From positions 64,046,001 through 64,110,000 of the forward strand of contig NC_135810.1 in assembly GCF_964213995.1 (NCBI RefSeq): a stretch of 64,000 nucleotides of DNA, read 5' to 3'. Both the position numbers and the translations under genes were made by a program. Shown in pieces: positions 61,481 through 64,000 of this stretch (position 1 is the stretch's first letter; each line of letters opens with the position of its first letter). The stretch is from Mustelus asterias. Lineage: Eukaryota. Below the pieces are notes generated by a model that was not told the origin of the DNA, made no database searches, and saw nothing but the letters and a program-made list of their open reading frames with translations.

Positions 61481-61711
61481 TTTCCTTTTTGTATGTGAAT
61501 AAAATTAGTTGTAATTTATTCCTTTTTTCTCAATAAAAGCTCAGAGGAAATAATCCTCAAGCTTTTTCTTGTAATGAGAGATCTTTCATTTATGATTAAG
61601 AATGCAACGCGTAGGAGCATTAGCTCAAATGTGGTCGCAGTTTCGATTGTGCTGAAGTTAGAGAACACACAAACTGGCATGCAGCTATTTTTCCTGGGCT
61701 ATGGAGCTATA

Positions 61712-61816
61712 GGCCGGAATTTTATCGCAGCGGGTGAGGCTCGCAGAACAGAATTCTTCACTGGCCTCGGGCGGGGTTTTACGAGCCTCGCCCAAGCGAG
61801 GTCATAAAATCCCGGT
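61712..61816. mobile_element. Short palindromic MITE
   Basis: CCGGAATTTTAT / ATAAAATCCCGG ends and internal GAGGCTCG / CGAGCCTC inverted repeat. Confidence 0.6.
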
Positions 61817-63726
61817 GGTAGGGTTTAATATTGAAGTGCTATTTTTTAACCATTTAAGTAATTTGTCAACTGGAGAATCAACTTGAACCTGAAATTAGTG
61901 TAACAAACTCCAGCTGTGTAATGGCTTGACTGGAAAAGAATTGACATCTGTGTCATGGCTTTTCAATGAACAGCACAGTTAAAGAGCTGCATGTATTTTC
62001 AGATTTCCGTAACACACTAACTCAACAACCCTTGGGAGTTTCTGGTCTTTGTCCCAGAATCTTGTTTTCTACAAATTCATTTTCTTTGGAATGTTTGCAG
62101 ATGGCTTTAACGGTTAAATCAATTACTAAGTGCTGGGAAACACACCCGTTTGCTTCTGAGAATATCACAAACTATTTCATAAATCAGAAACCGAATGGAG
62201 AATTTAACTCACTTTTCAATCAGCATTTTAATTAAATTCTATTTGGCAAACTACTCCATTTTTTCAATTAAGGTAACAGTGTTCTACCTCGTATACACTT
62301 TTGCAGCAATCTTATATCTTTGCAAACCAAATCTTTTGTTTTCCTTTAATACACATCTATCTAAAGGTTTTGAAGATGATTTGGTCTGACTGTGATATTG
62401 TGTAAAGTGTTCTTTTGTCTATCAATTAGCAAAGTAAATAATGATGCAGTACTGTGTCAGACACCTGGAGGTATATTGATGTATGGAGGAAAATATAGTT
62501 CCTAATTTTGCAGCAGTACATGTGAAATTTCAGAATTGGTTTATTGAATGTTTTCAACTTGCAATCTGTATAAAATCAATGTAAATCTACTAGCTATTCC
62601 TTTCCCAAGTTAACTATATTTGACTAATTATTACTGGGTGAAGTATTGGCTCTGATTTATAGCACACGTGTAGGAAATATAAGTAGAGTGAAAAAATCTG
62701 GGCTAATCACGATAATCCCATTGTAAATGACCTGCTGCACCTGAGGTTCATTAAAAACAAAACTACTGGAATATTTGACTTGTTACTGCGTCCATTAACC
62801 GAGGGAACATTGCCTATGGGGGCGGGGGGGGGGGGGGGGGGGATGTGTTGGAAGTGTGAGTTGTATCGGCTCCATTATGTGTGTTAACTGTTGACAAGTG
62901 AGCTGTGCTTTCTTTGTTAGGGGTATGTCAACTGAGATAAATTATTCTCTGGAATCCATTCATTTCTTCCTACTAGGTTTTGAGTTCTTGTGCCATTGGT
63001 TTGCATTATCTGATTACGTACAGAAAACGCAGAATTAACTGCAAGATTGGTAGCTAAATAGAGTGAATCTAACTGAGATTTGTTCGCTTTATTTGCTGTA
63101 ACTGCCATTCATGATAAATTTGTGTAAGCATTTGCTCCTGGCAAATCTACATTTTCACATTCCTTTGTACTCTGATAAAACATAGCTTCTGGATGGCTAT
63201 TGTTAGAAAACTATATCATGCAGTCATGCAAACTTTGCCCAATATCCCAGAGTTTGTGAATTTAATGCCCATTTATTGATGGTGCAGCATATTGGGTTTC
63301 CAAGGTCTTGTCTTGGTATCTCATTTCTTCTGCACAAGGGATTTATGGGAATTTTTCTTTCCATTACTATTTTTTCTCCTTCTATCCTACGGCTCCTTGG
63401 GAACTGACATACTGACCCAAATAGTTATTCATATGGGAGGCAAAAATCATGAGTGGAGTATCATGGCTGTGGCTGACTCTGTCCCCAGTCAGTGCCCATG
63501 TATACTGTTTTCTGCACAGTGCTCGAGCAGGATCCAGTGTTGGGCTATTTCCTTCAACAAAGCTCAGGAACATTTAAAGTCAATTTTCGACATCCTGCTG
63601 GCATTTAAAATTTACCAATGTAATTTTCTAAATTTAATTCAGTGATTAACTTGCATGGTTTACAGCTAATACTGCAAAACTTAAAGCAGATGTTTCATTA
63701 TCATTTGTAATTGGTTTATTTCCTAG

Positions 63727-63787
63727 AATCCTACAGAAAATCGAGGAACATTTGGCATCCATATCCGTGTTCTGGGAGATTGGACAG
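63727..63787 (+). CDS. NOX4: NOX4 internal exon (exon 12 equivalent), 61 nt
   Basis: tatttcctag|AAT...ACAG|gtaagt. NPTENRGTFGIHIRVLGDWT vs human CPTETKATFGVHLKIVGDWT. Confidence 0.95.
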
Positions 63788-63851
63788 GTAAGTCTAAAAT
63801 GTTACAGCTGAATTGAAATATGGAAATGTTTATGCTTAATCATATCATCAT

Positions 63852-64000
63852 TCAGACCACTTCCTCAAAACCCACCAGACCACTCCCCTGCTGAAACTAG
63901 CCCCCAGACTACTCCCTTCCTCAAACCTACCCCCTAGACCACTCCCTTCCCCCCCTCAAAAGTATTGCCCAGACCACACTCCTGAAACCTATGCCCCAGA
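63852..64000 (+). repeat. C-rich imperfect minisatellite running off the window
   Basis: Repeating CAGACCACTCCCTTCCTCAAA-like units of about 25-35 nt. Confidence 0.75.

Overview
Eukaryotic, repeat-rich genomic DNA, most likely from a shark or other elasmobranch (HE1/V-SINEs, a Deu-type SINE, CR1 and Rex1 LINEs). The whole window lies inside one + strand gene, NADPH oxidase 4 (NOX4). Nine internal coding exons, equivalent to human exons 4-12, were reconstructed by eye: 6314-6398, 14141-14238, 17951-17978, 18556-18628, 18722-18802, 27544-27748, 44924-45088, 50620-50682 and 63727-63787. All have AG/GT boundaries and compatible phases, and splice into an 859-nt stop-free frame carrying the four heme-ligating His, the E-loop His/Cys residues and the FAD-binding HPFT motif. 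The gene start and end are outside the window. The introns are filled with decayed and often nested transposable elements: PIF/Harbinger transposase and Myb/SANT remnants plus many MITEs with 3-bp TSDs, Rex1/Babar, CR1 and Tx1 LINE pieces, three SINE types, Gypsy-like LTR remnants, and Penelope-like terminal fragments with hammerhead-ribozyme cores. The most unusual structures are a four-unit tandem array of LTR-end plus tRNA-Pro-like primer-binding sites, hammerhead motifs, a 35-bp-arm hairpin 77 nt downstream of an exon, a 149-bp inverted duplication, and one SINE body carrying two different LINE-type tails. I found no convincing novel protein-coding system. All family assignments rest on motif recognition from memory, not on database searches.
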